NCBI GenBank assembly: GCA_963514005.1
Contig: OY740800.1
Location: 29,450,001-29,514,000, forward strand
Length of the DNA: 64,000 bases
DNA from: Raja brachyura
Taxonomy: Eukaryota
Reading direction: 5' to 3'
Below the pieces are notes generated by a model. That model made no database searches, was not told the DNA's origin, and worked only from the letters and a program-made list of their open reading frames with translations. This document shows positions 49,390 through 61,037 of the stretch, in pieces (the first letter of the stretch is position 1; each line of letters starts with the position of its first letter). The translations under genes were made by a program, and so were the position numbers.

Positions 49390-50400
49390 TTGTCTCTGCC
49401 TCATCTACTCTGACATCTCTTTCCACACCACTGCTTCTGAGAGGTGTATTTTCCCCTAATCAATGGCCTCCTCTGCACCAAGACTGACCAACTCCTTGTA
49501 GCATTTCCTGCACTGCTGCTCGCAAATCCCTCTCCAGTTACGCAGAACACGTGGAGCGTTCCCATTATCCTCTCCTTCCATGGCACTAGTTATCATGTGA
49601 CCACCAGGCACATTGTCCTTTTTCCTGTCACATTTCTGTATGCACTGTTTCCTTCACAATTTCCTTCTCCACAAAACCGCCCCCCCCACCCCCCCCCTTC
49701 TCACACTTTCCCTTGCAACTGCAGAGAAATAATGCTTGTCCTTTCACCTCTTCACTTCCTACCACCCAGGGACGCATGATATCCTTCCAGGTGAAGCAAC
49801 GACTCAATTCCACCTCATGCAATCTATGTACTACGTTCAGAATTCACGGCCAGATCGGGTGCTGGCTCTTTAGTCATGAGGAGGATGTTGCTCTCCCAGT
49901 TGCCCGACACGATAATTCACTAGTCCACTCCCACACTGAACACTCTCCCACGTGGCACATTATAACCTTCAGGGCTTAACATCAACCACTTCAGATGAAC
50001 TCCAATTCACATTTCCAGCGGTCTCTCTCTCCTTTTCAGGTATTTCAGATTCCATCCACTGTCTCCTCCTGCTTACAGCTTGGGTCCTCTGACAGACCTT
50101 CCCTCCCTCTCTCAGCCGCACAACGCCCCATTTATGTCATTCTGTTTCTCTGCGTCTTCAATGTGTCATGGATATTGGTATCTGTTCTGTCTGAATCCCC
50201 CATCCCCCCCCCTCTCCTTCCCCAATTCATCTTCTCTGCAACTTAAAACGTATTGAATTTCTCACTTCTAGTTCTAATCTGAAATGCCAACTCCATTTCT
50301 CCCTCCACAGATGCTGCCTGGTCTGCTGAGTATCTCAGATTTTTTTTTTCCTGTTTTGATTTCATATTTCCAACATCTGTGGTGTCTTTGGCTGTGGCTT
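49390..50400 (+). mobile_element. Old Penelope-like element remnant (RT-linker/GIY-YIG and 3' end)
   Basis: TFPCNCR..CPFTSSLPTTQG..SFQVKQR..TSCNL, a degenerate PLE signature. Confidence 0.7.
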
Positions 50401-50490
50401 CATGAGCAGGGTGACAGGGGAGGTGTTGATGCTTCCTCTGGCAGGAAAAGCCGGGGGATACGATCCCATGGTAAAGGGACCTCCACTTAA

Positions 50491-50745
50491 GCAAAAAGCA
50501 AACTGCTGCAGGAACTCAGCAGGTCAGGCTGCACCTGTGGTGGGGAATGGACTGATGATATTTTGGGTCAGGGCCTTCTTCAGACTGAAGGAGGGAGGCT
50601 CGTAGAGTGCAATGTGGCATTTCTCTGAGGTCCTCATGCCCTCAGACTGAAGAAGTCTGATTCCATTCCATACACAGATGCTGCCTGACCCGCTGAGCTC
50701 CCCCAGCATTTTGCATTTCACCCCAGATCCCATCTGCAGTCTCTT
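50491..50745. mobile_element. Inverted pair of Penelope-derived short elements
   Basis: Left GGAACTCAGCAGGTCAGGCTGCACCTGTGG..CTTCTTCAGACTGA; right CAGACTGAAGAAG..CACAGATGCTGCCTGACCCGCTGAGCTCC. Confidence 0.7.
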
Positions 50746-51349
50746 GCATTGCATTAGACTGAGATGAGGACTGATTATAAACTTTTGCAATCCTACCCTA
50801 CAATGCATGAAGTGCAGATAACCCTCATTATAATGGATCATGTTGGGGTGGGGGGGGGGTTGTGTCCGTTATTGCTGTATATATTTGAGGCACAGATGAG
50901 CTCTGGCGCATTAGGGAATCAGACAATGGGAAGTGTGGCTGGGCCAGGATCAGACTGACATGTTCAAACCCAATGGAGGGACAGGTTGAAGGACTTTATG
51001 ATACACTCGTCTTCCTGCACGCTGTTTTACTCGATCCCTTCAGCTCCTGATACACCCGATCCCCACAGTTCTCTTTGTCATCACAGCGATTACTGGTTCC
51101 CCATGCGTTACAGGATGGAGACCGCGGGAGCCCAGCAGGTCAGGCAGCAACGGCGGAGAGAAATCTCCAGATCTGCGAATCTGATCAACGGTGATCAGTG
51201 TGAGACATTAAGTTTGATGTCTCCACAGATGCCGCCTGACCTGCTGAGTAAACTCTGTTTCACTGGCACCAGGAACCTCTCCGTACCCCAGGGATTCTAT
51301 CCATATTAGTCTCTGAGTGACTGAATCCAAAATCTTAATCTTGATCACT

Positions 51350-52150
51350 AGTTCCTCATCAGTCTCCGTGTTGCACGATTGTCTGTTCCATGTTACATGA
51401 TCCCTGTCAGTCTTGTGTCATAAAATACATGTCAGTCCTGTGTTACAGGATCCCTGTCAGTCCCTTATTGCATGGTCAGGTCCACGTTACATGGTCCCCA
51501 TCAGTTCCTTGTATTGGGACACCCCTCAGTCTCGTATTACACGGTCAGGTCTGTGTTACAGGGTCCTCGTCGGTTGCGTGTTACATGGTTTGTCCCGTAT
51601 TACACAGTCAGTCCCCAGGCCACTTAATCCATGTCTATCACTGGACCACGGGATCCCTTGCTGTTTCCACGTCACCATTTGCCCCTGGGTCACTGAATCC
51701 CCGAATCTCCACCTGCAACCCAACCCCGAGCTGTCACTGTGTAGGAAGGAACTGCAGATGCTGGTTTACACTGAAGATAAGATACTGGTTTACACTGAAG
51801 ATAAGACTCTTCTTCAGACCCTCCTCACCTATGCACAGATCTCAACCCAAAATGTCACCTATTCCCTTTTCTCCAGAGATGCTGCCTGGCACACTGAGTT
51901 ACTCCAGCATTTTGTGTCTATCTCTAGAGCTATCACTGGATCCCCACCAGCACCCTGACCCCTGGTTGTCACTGGAAACCCAGCTGTGCCCTGGCCACTG
52001 GATCCTCAGGCATCACTAAAACCCCATTGGCCCTTATAACTCTGGATCCCTGGTTGTCATTGGGTCACCATATATCTGCCTACCCCTGGAACTGCTGTCA
52101 CTGGATTTACTGTTGAAGGTGACTGGATCCCAAGTGGTACTGTTACAACA
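51350..52150. repeat. Degenerate minisatellite field (GTTACAGGATCCCTGTCAGT / CACTGGATCCC-like) with a Penelope-derived insertion at about 51738-51925
   Basis: Read directly; the insertion carries a 24-bp tandem duplication CTGGTTTACACTGAAGATAAGA. Confidence 0.65.
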
Positions 52151-52715
52151 CTGTAAGTGACATTACTTATTTAGACTCTGTGTAACCCTTTGCTATCACC
52201 TTAAACATGTCAGCCAGACCCAAACTGTTAACAGGAGATTTATTGGAGTAGCAGTGATTGTAGTAGTCTTAGAATGGTTTGCCACCACTAACTTATCAGC
52301 CAGGGGACTAGCATTCCATCTTCTGTGCCTGCACTTTGCAAAGACTGGATTTGGTGAGGGTATTTCCATCAAACGGGCGGGATGGTGGAAGAGGTGGGCA
52401 GATTCAGGACTCAGTGAGCAGGGTCACTGGGGCAGTCGAGGAAGCCCAGGCGGTGGTGAGGCAAGGAGGGATGGCTGGAGATTCTCCAGGCTTTTCCTTG
52501 AGTTATGGAAATGGCAGATCACCAGAGTGCTTTCACTTTGAACTGTCGAGGGGTGCGCATGTGTGGAGGAGGACGGGGCGGCGAGGTAACTTCCTTTCCT
52601 AGTTCTGCATCAGCTGTGTCGGATATCCATCGGTTCATTCCGTCGTACAGACGAGCAAACCCACCCCTCAGAGGGAGGGGTAGCCACTCGCCGTCAAGAA
52701 GGGCACAACAACTAC

Positions 52716-52800
52716 CTGTGGCTCCCCCAGTGTACGGCTCCTTGGGGATAGGTTGTCCATCCGGGGTCTGGGTAGGCAGCGGAGGAGCAAACACCTTCTC
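52716..52800 (-). CDS. MICAL3: MICAL3-like exon (EKVFAPPLPTQTPDGQPIPKEPYTGGAT), phase 0-1
   Basis: tttgctctctccctcctgcag|GAG AAG GTG..GCC ACA G|gtagtt. Phases fit both neighbours; sequence poorly conserved. Confidence 0.8.
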
Positions 52801-52829
52801 CTGCAGGAGGGAGAGAGCAAACAGAACAG

Positions 52830-53405
52830 AGGTGGTTACAGTACCAGAGTACACACTCCATGGTCATCATCACCAAGTGCACGCGGCACTGGGCACACAG
52901 TGACCATAAGCACTCAGGGACCACAGTGATCGTGCGTGACACCAGGAACACAGCGACTGAAAACAGCACTGGGAGCTGTGGTACTGGGAACTCAGTGACC
53001 ATAAGTGGCAACTGGGAACACAGTAACCATGCACTGCACTGGGAACACAATGACCAAAAACAGCCCTAGGGACCACAGGGATCATACATGGCAGAAGAAT
53101 CACAGTGACTATACAGGACACCGGTAACACAGTAAACGATGCGGCATTAGAAGCACAGTGGAATTATCTGATACTGGGAACACACTGTGCAAAAAGCACT
53201 GGGACCACAGTGACAACACGGCACTGGAAATAGTGATTAAAATGGCACTGGCAACACAGTGATCGTAAACAGCACAGTGACAGTATGTGTCCCTGGCAGC
53301 ACCGTGATTGTAAATGGCACTGGGAACACAGTGAACGTATGGGAAACGCAGAGACCGAAAAAAATATCCGTGTACACAATGACCTTCTGCGACACTGGGA
53401 ACACA
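52830..53405. repeat. Degenerate minisatellite (CACTGGGAACACAGTGACC-like, about 25 bp)
   Basis: Many recurrent CACTGGG..CACAGTGA units upstream of the 52800 acceptor. Confidence 0.8.
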
Positions 53406-53406
53406 G

Positions 53407-53926
53407 GGAACTCCGCCATCCGGAGGTGCTGCTGAGAAGTCGAGCCCGGAGACACGCGGCCCAGGCCTCACGGGTCGGAGATGGAGCCTCGCGGGTTGAC
53501 TAATCCCACGGCCATCGGGGCCTGGGTCTGTGGAGCCCGTGGTTGGGGCCTGGGTCAACGTCAGGGAGGCGTCCAGAGAGGACCCGGCAGTTAGTGGAGA
53601 GTCGGTGCGACGGTCAATGATGGCATCGACCGACGGACGAGGACGGACACGTGGAAGTGGGGACGCCGCTGCCCCCGAGGGAAGGAATAGAGGAGGACCC
53701 GGCGTGGGGGGACCGCCGTGAATGAGGGGAAGAACAATCAACAATGGAGGACCCGGCGTGGGGGGACCGCCGTGAATGAGGGGAAGAGCAAAGGGGGATC
53801 TGGCGCGTGGGGGGATTTCGTAACTTTTTAAGCGCCCTTTATGTGGTGACAATTTATATACCTTGGGAATGCAAGCAAAGAATTTCACTGTGACTTGTCA
53901 CATGTGACCAGAAGTATTCAATTCAA
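53407..53926 (+). mobile_element. CpG-rich non-autonomous retroposon with Rex1-like tail
   Basis: CpG-rich body; tandem duplication GAGGACCCGGCGTGGGGGGACCGCCGTGAATGAGGGG; tail AAAGAATTTCACTGTGACTTGTCACATGTGAC..(TTCAA)n. Confidence 0.6.
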
Positions 53927-54149
53927 TAGTGACCGTACGTGGCACTGGGTATACTGGGACCATACATAGCACACTGGGAATGAGTTTCTGATTTTTATAC
54001 TCAATGCTCAACTGAGGAAGACAACATACCACTCTGCCTACTTGTACCTATTTAGACGCCCATGTTCCTCTGTGTAGCAATAATGTTCGGGTCTTGCTAA
54101 CCTCCCTCTTACATTCTATGCTCAGTACACTCATTGCTCAGTTTGAACA

Positions 54150-55235
54150 GAAGGTTGGTACAATGACGTCATCTGCCCGACAGCCTCAAATGCGTCCATA
54201 CCCACGGACACTGTTGCAGATGTCAGATCAGCCACCCTGATGGTGATCCCACAGATGGAAAGTGGTCCATGTGGAATCCCAGTCGCCACCTCTGGACCTG
54301 TGGTCTAGTTGGCAGGAGTATTTACAGACATCTTTAACCTCTCCCTACTCCATTCTGAGGTTCACAGCTGCTTCAAGAAGACCACTATCACCCCGGTGCC
54401 AACGAAAAGCAAAGTTTGCCTGACGTTGCAAAAGGCCCACGGCAGATGCCATCTCCCTGTTCCTATACTCACCATGCAAGGTAACAAGGATACCTATATC
54501 ATACTCCTACTTATCAACTATAGCTCTGCTTTGAAAACTCTAATCCTATGCAAACTCATCTCCAAACTCCTGGAACTAGGAGTCAGTACCTCTCCCTCAC
54601 ATCCTCTGCCACTGAATCCTTGACTTCCTGATCCATAGTCCACAAGCATCGAGGATAGGCGACAACATCTCCTCCATGATCATTTTCAACACCAGCACCC
54701 TGCAAGGAAGCGTCCTCAGTCCCTATTATACTCCCTATACACTCATGACCGTTGGGCTAATTTATGCTCTACGCTCATTTACAGATTTGCAGATGATATC
54801 ACCATAGTCGGCAGGATCTTGAACAATGATGAGATGGATAACAGGAGGGGGATAGAGAGCTTAGTAACATGGTGGCAAGACAACAAACTCTCCCTCAATG
54901 TCAGCAAGATGAAGGAGCCAGTTATTGACGTCAATAACTAGAGAAAGTGAGTACATACCCCAGTCAGCATCAATGATGCCAAAGTGGAAATGGATGAGAG
55001 CTTCAAGTTCCTTGGCGTAAACATCGCCAACAATCTGTGTTGGACCACATTGAAGCCGTGGCTGGGAAAGCAACCAACGCCTTTATATAACCTTTGGCAT
55101 ATCTCCAATGACCCGTATAAGCTTCTTTAGATGCACCAGAGAAAACAGCGTTTCATGCTGCTTCAGGAATGAAGCCAACATAATCAAGAACCCTTTATCA
55201 TGCTGGTCAGTTTCCCATTTGCCTTTTCCCATTGA
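54150..55235 (+). mobile_element. Older Rex1/Babar LINE RT fragment
   Basis: [40 protein letters not shown] and FADD motifs. Confidence 0.85.
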
Positions 55236-55244
55236 GCAGATGAT

Positions 55245-55430
55245 TATTGAAAAGCCTGAAAGCTTTTCTGTCTTTTATAGGTAAACCAGTTCCGACTATA
55301 AACCACCAAATCACTGTGGATCCTCTGCATCTTAAACTTCTGGATCAGCCTACCATGAGGGACTTTATCAAATGCATTACTAAAGTCCATGTAGATAACA
55401 TCCAATGCCCTACACTCATCAATCACCATC
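55245..55430 (-). mobile_element. CR1 RT fragment
   Basis: DVIYMDFSNAFDKVPHGRLIQK. Confidence 0.85.
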
Positions 55431-55433
55431 ACC

Positions 55434-56755
55434 ACTCATGCCAAAATGACTATTGTCCAGTGGCCTTGAGAGCCACCATTATGAAATGTTTTGAGAGGCA
55501 TTAAATCCAGTCTCCCCAGTGGTCTTGATGCACTGCAGTCTCCCGACGATGCTATCGCCCTAGCCTTACACTCATCCCTAGAACACCTGGATACGAGAGA
55601 CACCTACGTCAACTATTATTTATAGACTACTGCTCTGCCTTTAATACCATTATACCGTCCAAGCTTATCACCAAGCTTGGTATCGAAACTCATCTCTGCA
55701 ACTGGATCCTCGACGTCCTGACCAACAGCCCCCAATCAGTGAGGATTGGGGACAAATCATCCTCCACGATAATCCTCAACATGGGGGCTCCCCAAGGATG
55801 CGTTCTCAGCCCCCTTCTTTACTCCCTGTACACTCACGACTGTGCAGCCATGTACAAATCTAATTCAATTTTCAAATTCGCAGACGACACTGCCATTGTG
55901 GGCCAGATATTAAATAATGATGAGACGGAGTAGAGAAAGGAGATTGAGAACCTCATGTCCTGGTGTCGAGATGATATCCTTTCTCTCAATGTCAGCAAGA
56001 CAAAAGAGACAGTGATCAACTTCAGGAATCGAAGCGGTACATATTCACTGGGCCGAAGTAGAGAAATTCATAGGAGTCAATATCACCAAAACCTTCTCCT
56101 CAACCACCCTTATTGAACCACAAAACGACCAAGAAAGCACACCAACGCCTCTACTTCATTAGAGGGCTTAGGAAGTTTGGCATGTCCCCTACAGCTCTCA
56201 CCAACTTCTACAGGTGCAGCATAGAAAGCATTTTATCAGGATGCATCACCACTTGGTTTGGGAACAGCTCCATTCAAGACCGCAAGAAATTGAGACGAAC
56301 CACAGACCATCACAAAAACCAACCTCCCTTCTATTGACCATTTATTGACATTTATACCTCACGCTGCCTCGACAAGCCAGCAGCATAATCAAGGACGAGT
56401 CGCACCCTGGCCACTCCCTCTTCTCCCCTCTTCCATCAGGCAACAGGTATAAAAGCGTTAAAACTCCACCAGATTCGGGGACAGTTTCTTTCCATCTGTT
56501 AACAGGCAACTCAATCATCCTACCCCAAACAGAGAGCAGTGCTGAACTACTATCTACCTCTTTGATGACCTTCGGACTATCCTTGATCGAGCTTTGCTGG
56601 CTTTACCTTGCACTAAACATTATTTCCTTATCATGTATCTATACACTGTAAATGGATCGATTGTAACCATGTATTGTCTTTCTGCTGACTGGTTAGCACG
56701 CAACAAATGCCTTTCACTGTACCTCGGTACCTGTGACAATAAACTAAACTGAAAC
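55434..56755 (+). mobile_element. Rex1/Babar LINE, RT to 3' UTR
   Basis: NDY.PVAL..IMKCFER; [27 protein letters not shown]; KKAHQRLYF.R.LRKFG; 3' tail CACTGTACCTCGGTAC..GACAATAAACTAAAC. Confidence 0.9.
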
Positions 56756-56987
56756 ACTTCCCGAAAAAACTAATTCAAGTTAGAAACCCATGACCTGCCC
56801 CGCATAAAGCCTTGTTGACTGTCCTTAATGATCCCATTTTCCTTTAAATCCTACCCCGAAGAATCCTCTCCAATAGTTCCCTACCACTGACGGAAGATCA
56901 CCGGCCTATGGTTTATCCCTACTTAAATTGAGGAACAGTGACAAAATCTCTCCCATATATCCAACGTTGCCAAGCATGCATTGGTAC

Positions 56988-57070
56988 CTGGGCTCTTGCT
57001 GGAGGTGTTGCTGGTCTCTTTCTGGCCTCTCGCCCTGCCTGCCGGAAATGAGGTTTGCAGTAGAATTTTC
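56988..57070 (-). CDS. MICAL3: MICAL3-like exon, end of LIM domain (GKFYCKPHFRQAGREARKRPATPPARAQ), phase 1-0
   Basis: tgttgttttccag|GA AAA TTC TAC TGC AAA CCT CAT..GCC CAG|gtacca. Confidence 0.93.
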
Positions 57071-57479
57071 CTGGAAAACAACAGAGTTTGGTTTTGCAAT
57101 ATTACAGCCACTGGCCCACAAAACCCGCATCACCCTACATAAAGCGGGCAATATGGTGATCAAACAACATTTGGCACGCAGTTCCCTGCAGCAGGCACTG
57201 TGAAGTCATGGGACATTACAAACCCCAGTCGGACACACTAATCATCTGTGATCTGTGAATCAGACATTGTACCATCAATGGCTGATCCGTAATCATTACA
57301 CTGTGTATTCATACCACACAGATATTATGACCGAATTACCAAGTCTTTCTCTTTCCACAGATGCTGTCTGAACCTCTGAGTAATTTACTGTCTTTCATTT
57401 ATTTCCAGCATCTCCACACTATTTTGATAAAATATCTGAAAACTTCAGTGCAAAGCAACAAGGCTACACTCACTGTACA

Positions 57480-57689
57480 GTACTGGGATAACCAGGTAAT
57501 AATGACCACAAAGTAGCTAGCTTAATATTCACGGCAGATAATAATCATCAGAGTAACCAGGTAATAATCACCGTAGAGTAATTGGGTAATAATTCAGGCA
57601 GAGTAACTGGGTAATAGTCATCAGAGAAACCAGGCAGTAATTGTCACAGAGTGTATGGTTAACGCTCATTACAGGGCAGCTGAGTAATA
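57480..57689. repeat. Degenerate tandem repeat, about 24 bp (CAGAGTAACCAGGTAATAAT-like)
   Basis: Read directly. Confidence 0.7.
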
Positions 57690-57981
57690 GTTTAATTTAG
57701 ATCAGTTTAGAGATACAGCACGGACACAGGTCATTCGGCCCACCGAGTCCACGCTGACCAGTGATCACCCCCACACACTGGGGACAATTTACAAATTTAC
57801 CAAGCCAATTAACCTACAAACCTGTATGTCTTTGGCGTGTAGGAGAGCTCCTGGTGAAAACCCACGTGGGCCATGGGGAGAATGTACAAATTCCATACAC
57901 ACAGCACCCATAGTCAGGATCGAACCCGGGTCTCTGGCGCTGTAAGGCAGCAACTCTACCGCAGTGCCACCATGCCACCCC
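57690..57981 (-). mobile_element. tRNA-derived SINE (HE1/V-SINE-like)
   Basis: Minus head GGGGTGGCATGGTGGCACTGCGGTAGAG..GGTTCGATCC; (CTAAA)-type tail. Confidence 0.9.
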
Positions 57982-58388
57982 TAATCAATAATAATAATGA
58001 GCAGAGGATTTTTTTAAAATGAAGGTATCGGTTGTCAGCTCAGGTTGTGCCTGGGAGAGTTTAGTTGAATTCTCAGGTGACCCCCCCCCCCCCCCCGTCA
58101 CCCCCATCCCCGTGCTGGTCTGCTGCATAGACACTTAACCAAGATTGGGTCCATCCCTCAGGTTGGCTCATTTGCAATGTTATTCAGACATGAGAGTTCC
58201 CCTTGAAAGCCTGAGCGGCAGAGATCCCTCAACTAACGTCACAAAAATGAATTAACAGGGCACTTTCACTTTCCTGCTGATTCTGCTCAGCTTGGCTGCA
58301 AGTTTTCTGCGTTTTAAAAACACCCGGAGGCATGTCCTCTAAAACTCCTGCTCTGTCTGCCCATCTATGGTTTTTGCAGTGGTCTCAC

Positions 58389-58578
58389 CGTTCTCTGGGT
58401 TAAAGGTGAAGGTGGAGAGGCGGAGGGTCTCGCCACAGTAGTCGCACTTGAAGCAGCCGCGATGGAAGAACTTCCCTTCAGCACTCAATCGCTCCATCAC
58501 GTAGACACGCTTCCCACAGAAATAACAGACATCACTGCCGCCAAACTCTGAGGAGAACTCCTTCCGCTTGGTCGATTG
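58389..58578 (-). CDS. MICAL3: MICAL3-like LIM-domain exon ([63 protein letters not shown]), phase 0-1
   Basis: ctgtctctttgcag|CAA TCG..GAG AAC G|gtgaga; LIM Cys/His spacing; GKFFH is MICAL3-type. Confidence 0.96.
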
Positions 58579-58711
58579 CTGCAAAGAGACAGACAGATCA
58601 CTGCAGTGAGACTGATGGAGCAAGGGCGAGCCACCCACCTCCCTGTCCATCACATCCACCAAGGACCTGTCACTGGAGCACCAACCCACACACCCAGGCC
58701 TCGGACAGCAA

Positions 58712-59118
58712 CTGCTCCCAGCAAGCTAATCAGCTTACACCCCCCAGTGGTATGAACATTGACTTATCTAACTTCAAGTAACCCTTGCTTTCCCTCTCTC
58801 TCCATCCCTCCCCTCTTCCCAGTTCTCCGACCAGTCTGACTGTCTCCGACTACATATTATCTCTGTTTGCTTTGTTGTTACCTTCTCCCAGCTAACAATG
58901 ATCTATTCTACATGTTCCTTGATCTCCATCCCCTTTGTCCAGTTTTCACACCATGCACTTCCTTATCTATGTATCTCCCTCTCCCCTGACATCAGTCTGA
59001 AGAAAGGCCTTGACCCAAAACGTCCTTCTCTCCAGAGATGCTGTCTGTCCCGTTGAGTTGCACCAGCATTATGTGTCTATCTTCAGTTTAAACCAGCAAC
59101 TGCAGTTCCTTCCTACAC
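58712..59118 (+). mobile_element. Penelope-like element 3' end / pLTR with mutated hammerhead core (about 58997-59024)
   Basis: SLHPSGMNID.SNFK C-terminal remnant, pyrimidine-rich UTR, CTGAAGAAAGGCCTTGACCCAAAACGTC. Confidence 0.8.
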
Positions 59119-60454
59119 AGCAAATCTCTTGCCTTTTTACTGGCCTCAAGTACCGGTTTTGCCCCAGGAAAGGCAGGACTCCGCTTTCACTGAGCCTACG
59201 TAAAGGGTCACAGCCTGATTGTGTGGCCCTAGCACTTCAAGCAGCTGCATTAAGTTCTACCAAACTGCAAGTAGAGCTGGACTGTCACCTGGTGTTGGTA
59301 TTGGTTCATTGTTGTCATATGTACCGAGTTACAGTGAATAACTGCTGATGCAAGAATCCCATTGTTCTGTTTTTGGTACATATGACAATTAAACCCTCTT
59401 GACTCTTGAACTTTGTTATCCAGGCAGATCATACCATACGCTAGAGTACATCATGTAGTACAAACAACAAACAGAGTGAAGAATAGTCTTAGTGCGACAG
59501 AGAACATTAGATAATAAAGTGCAAGGGTCACAAGAAGATTGGGAGATTGAGAGTTCATCCTCAGGATAGATTGGAAGATCGGGATTCCATCTTAAAGAAT
59601 GCAACCCGGCGTTTTAAGAAAGAGTTCCATGCTATACGCTGTGTTATTCATTCTGATATTAAGGGAGCAGTAAACTTTTTCTAAAGTCCCAAATAAGAAA
59701 AATCCCTGGTCAAAAGTCCAGCCACAGAGCAGAGGTAACGCACAGAACTCCAGACTGACGTGCAAGTGAGGTCCTGAACTAGTCCAGCCCCATCCTGTGG
59801 TAATATGGCTCAGGCCCTATCTATCTTCCTCGGTGACCCTGCTACTGGTCTGCCAGAGCTAATGGCCGCAAACAGGCTGTGGTATTTCCAACCAAGAGTG
59901 ACTAAGGTTCAGAAGTATTTCATTAGCTGGAGAGCTGATGTTTGGAAAGGTGAATGAACATGCCTTCTTCACCGGATAAAACAGCTGGAAATACTCAGCT
60001 GTTTGGCTCAGATGAAACACTGTTGACACGAAGCATGAACATTTCCCTCCACAGATGCTCCGTGACCTACAGAGAGTTTCTGACCGTTCATGTCTGTCTT
60101 TTAGATTGACCGCATCTTCAGTATTTGGTTTTGCATTTCTCTTATGAGGCAAAGTTGGTGCAGACTCCACCCCTCCACCCCTCCACCACGTTACCCACAA
60201 CTTCCCCTCTGGTGGTCAGGCTGTAGCCGTGCCCTAACGTTGGCTTTTGATCCGCTCCCACTCACTGGAAGACTGACGTCAGGAGGTTGCTTGTTTCCAG
60301 CAGTGATGAGATTCCCGGTAAACTCCACAAAATAGCAGAGGTGGATTGTGAGGCGCTGCAGGTCTTTTACATGATACGCTGGGCACCATTGTCATGGAGG
60401 CTTTCTACTGGACCCTGGCACGCCAGAACTCGTGGCCTACATGCACACACTGCC

Positions 60455-60935
60455 CCTCCCATGCTAGCCGATGCCCTAAACACCCTAGCACTCTCCCCCC
60501 TCCCACCGTACCTCCTGCACCCACTTTCACCCACACCAGGTCTCTGTACCCACTTATCTACACTGGGCCCCTTGCACTCACTCATCCACAGTGGCCCCTA
60601 CACCCACCCACCCTGGGGCCCTGCACCCACTCTCACCTTTACACAAAACCCACACACCATTCACACCCCGTACACGCTACCCTCACCTCCTTAGTTACTC
60701 TGCACACCATCCCCACCCCCTATAAGCACCCTGCACACAATTGGCCCCCACCATTTCTCCCGCAACCCTCTCTCCCCAGCGAGGCTTCTACATCCCACCC
60801 CTACCTCCACCAGACCACTATCCCCACACCCATGGGACTCTACAACCCCCCCCTCACCCCCACCAGGCACCCAACATTCATCCCCACTCCTCCCTACACC
60901 TAACCCTCACCCAGTACACTTTAGCCACTGTACAT
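60455..60935. repeat. C/A-rich low-complexity tract (G-rich on gene strand)
   Basis: Read directly; starts about 100 nt downstream of the 61038 donor. Confidence 0.75.
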
Positions 60936-61037
60936 CAGCCACCTCTGGCCAAGTCGCTATGCCCTGTCCTGCAGTGGGGCAGTTGACATGTGGTACCTGC
61001 CCCACCAACAGCCCTGCACTGGCAGGAGAATGCTTAC

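Noticed and set aside
60287-60986. His/Pro/Thr-rich ORFs
   Set aside because: C/A-rich low-complexity intron tract.
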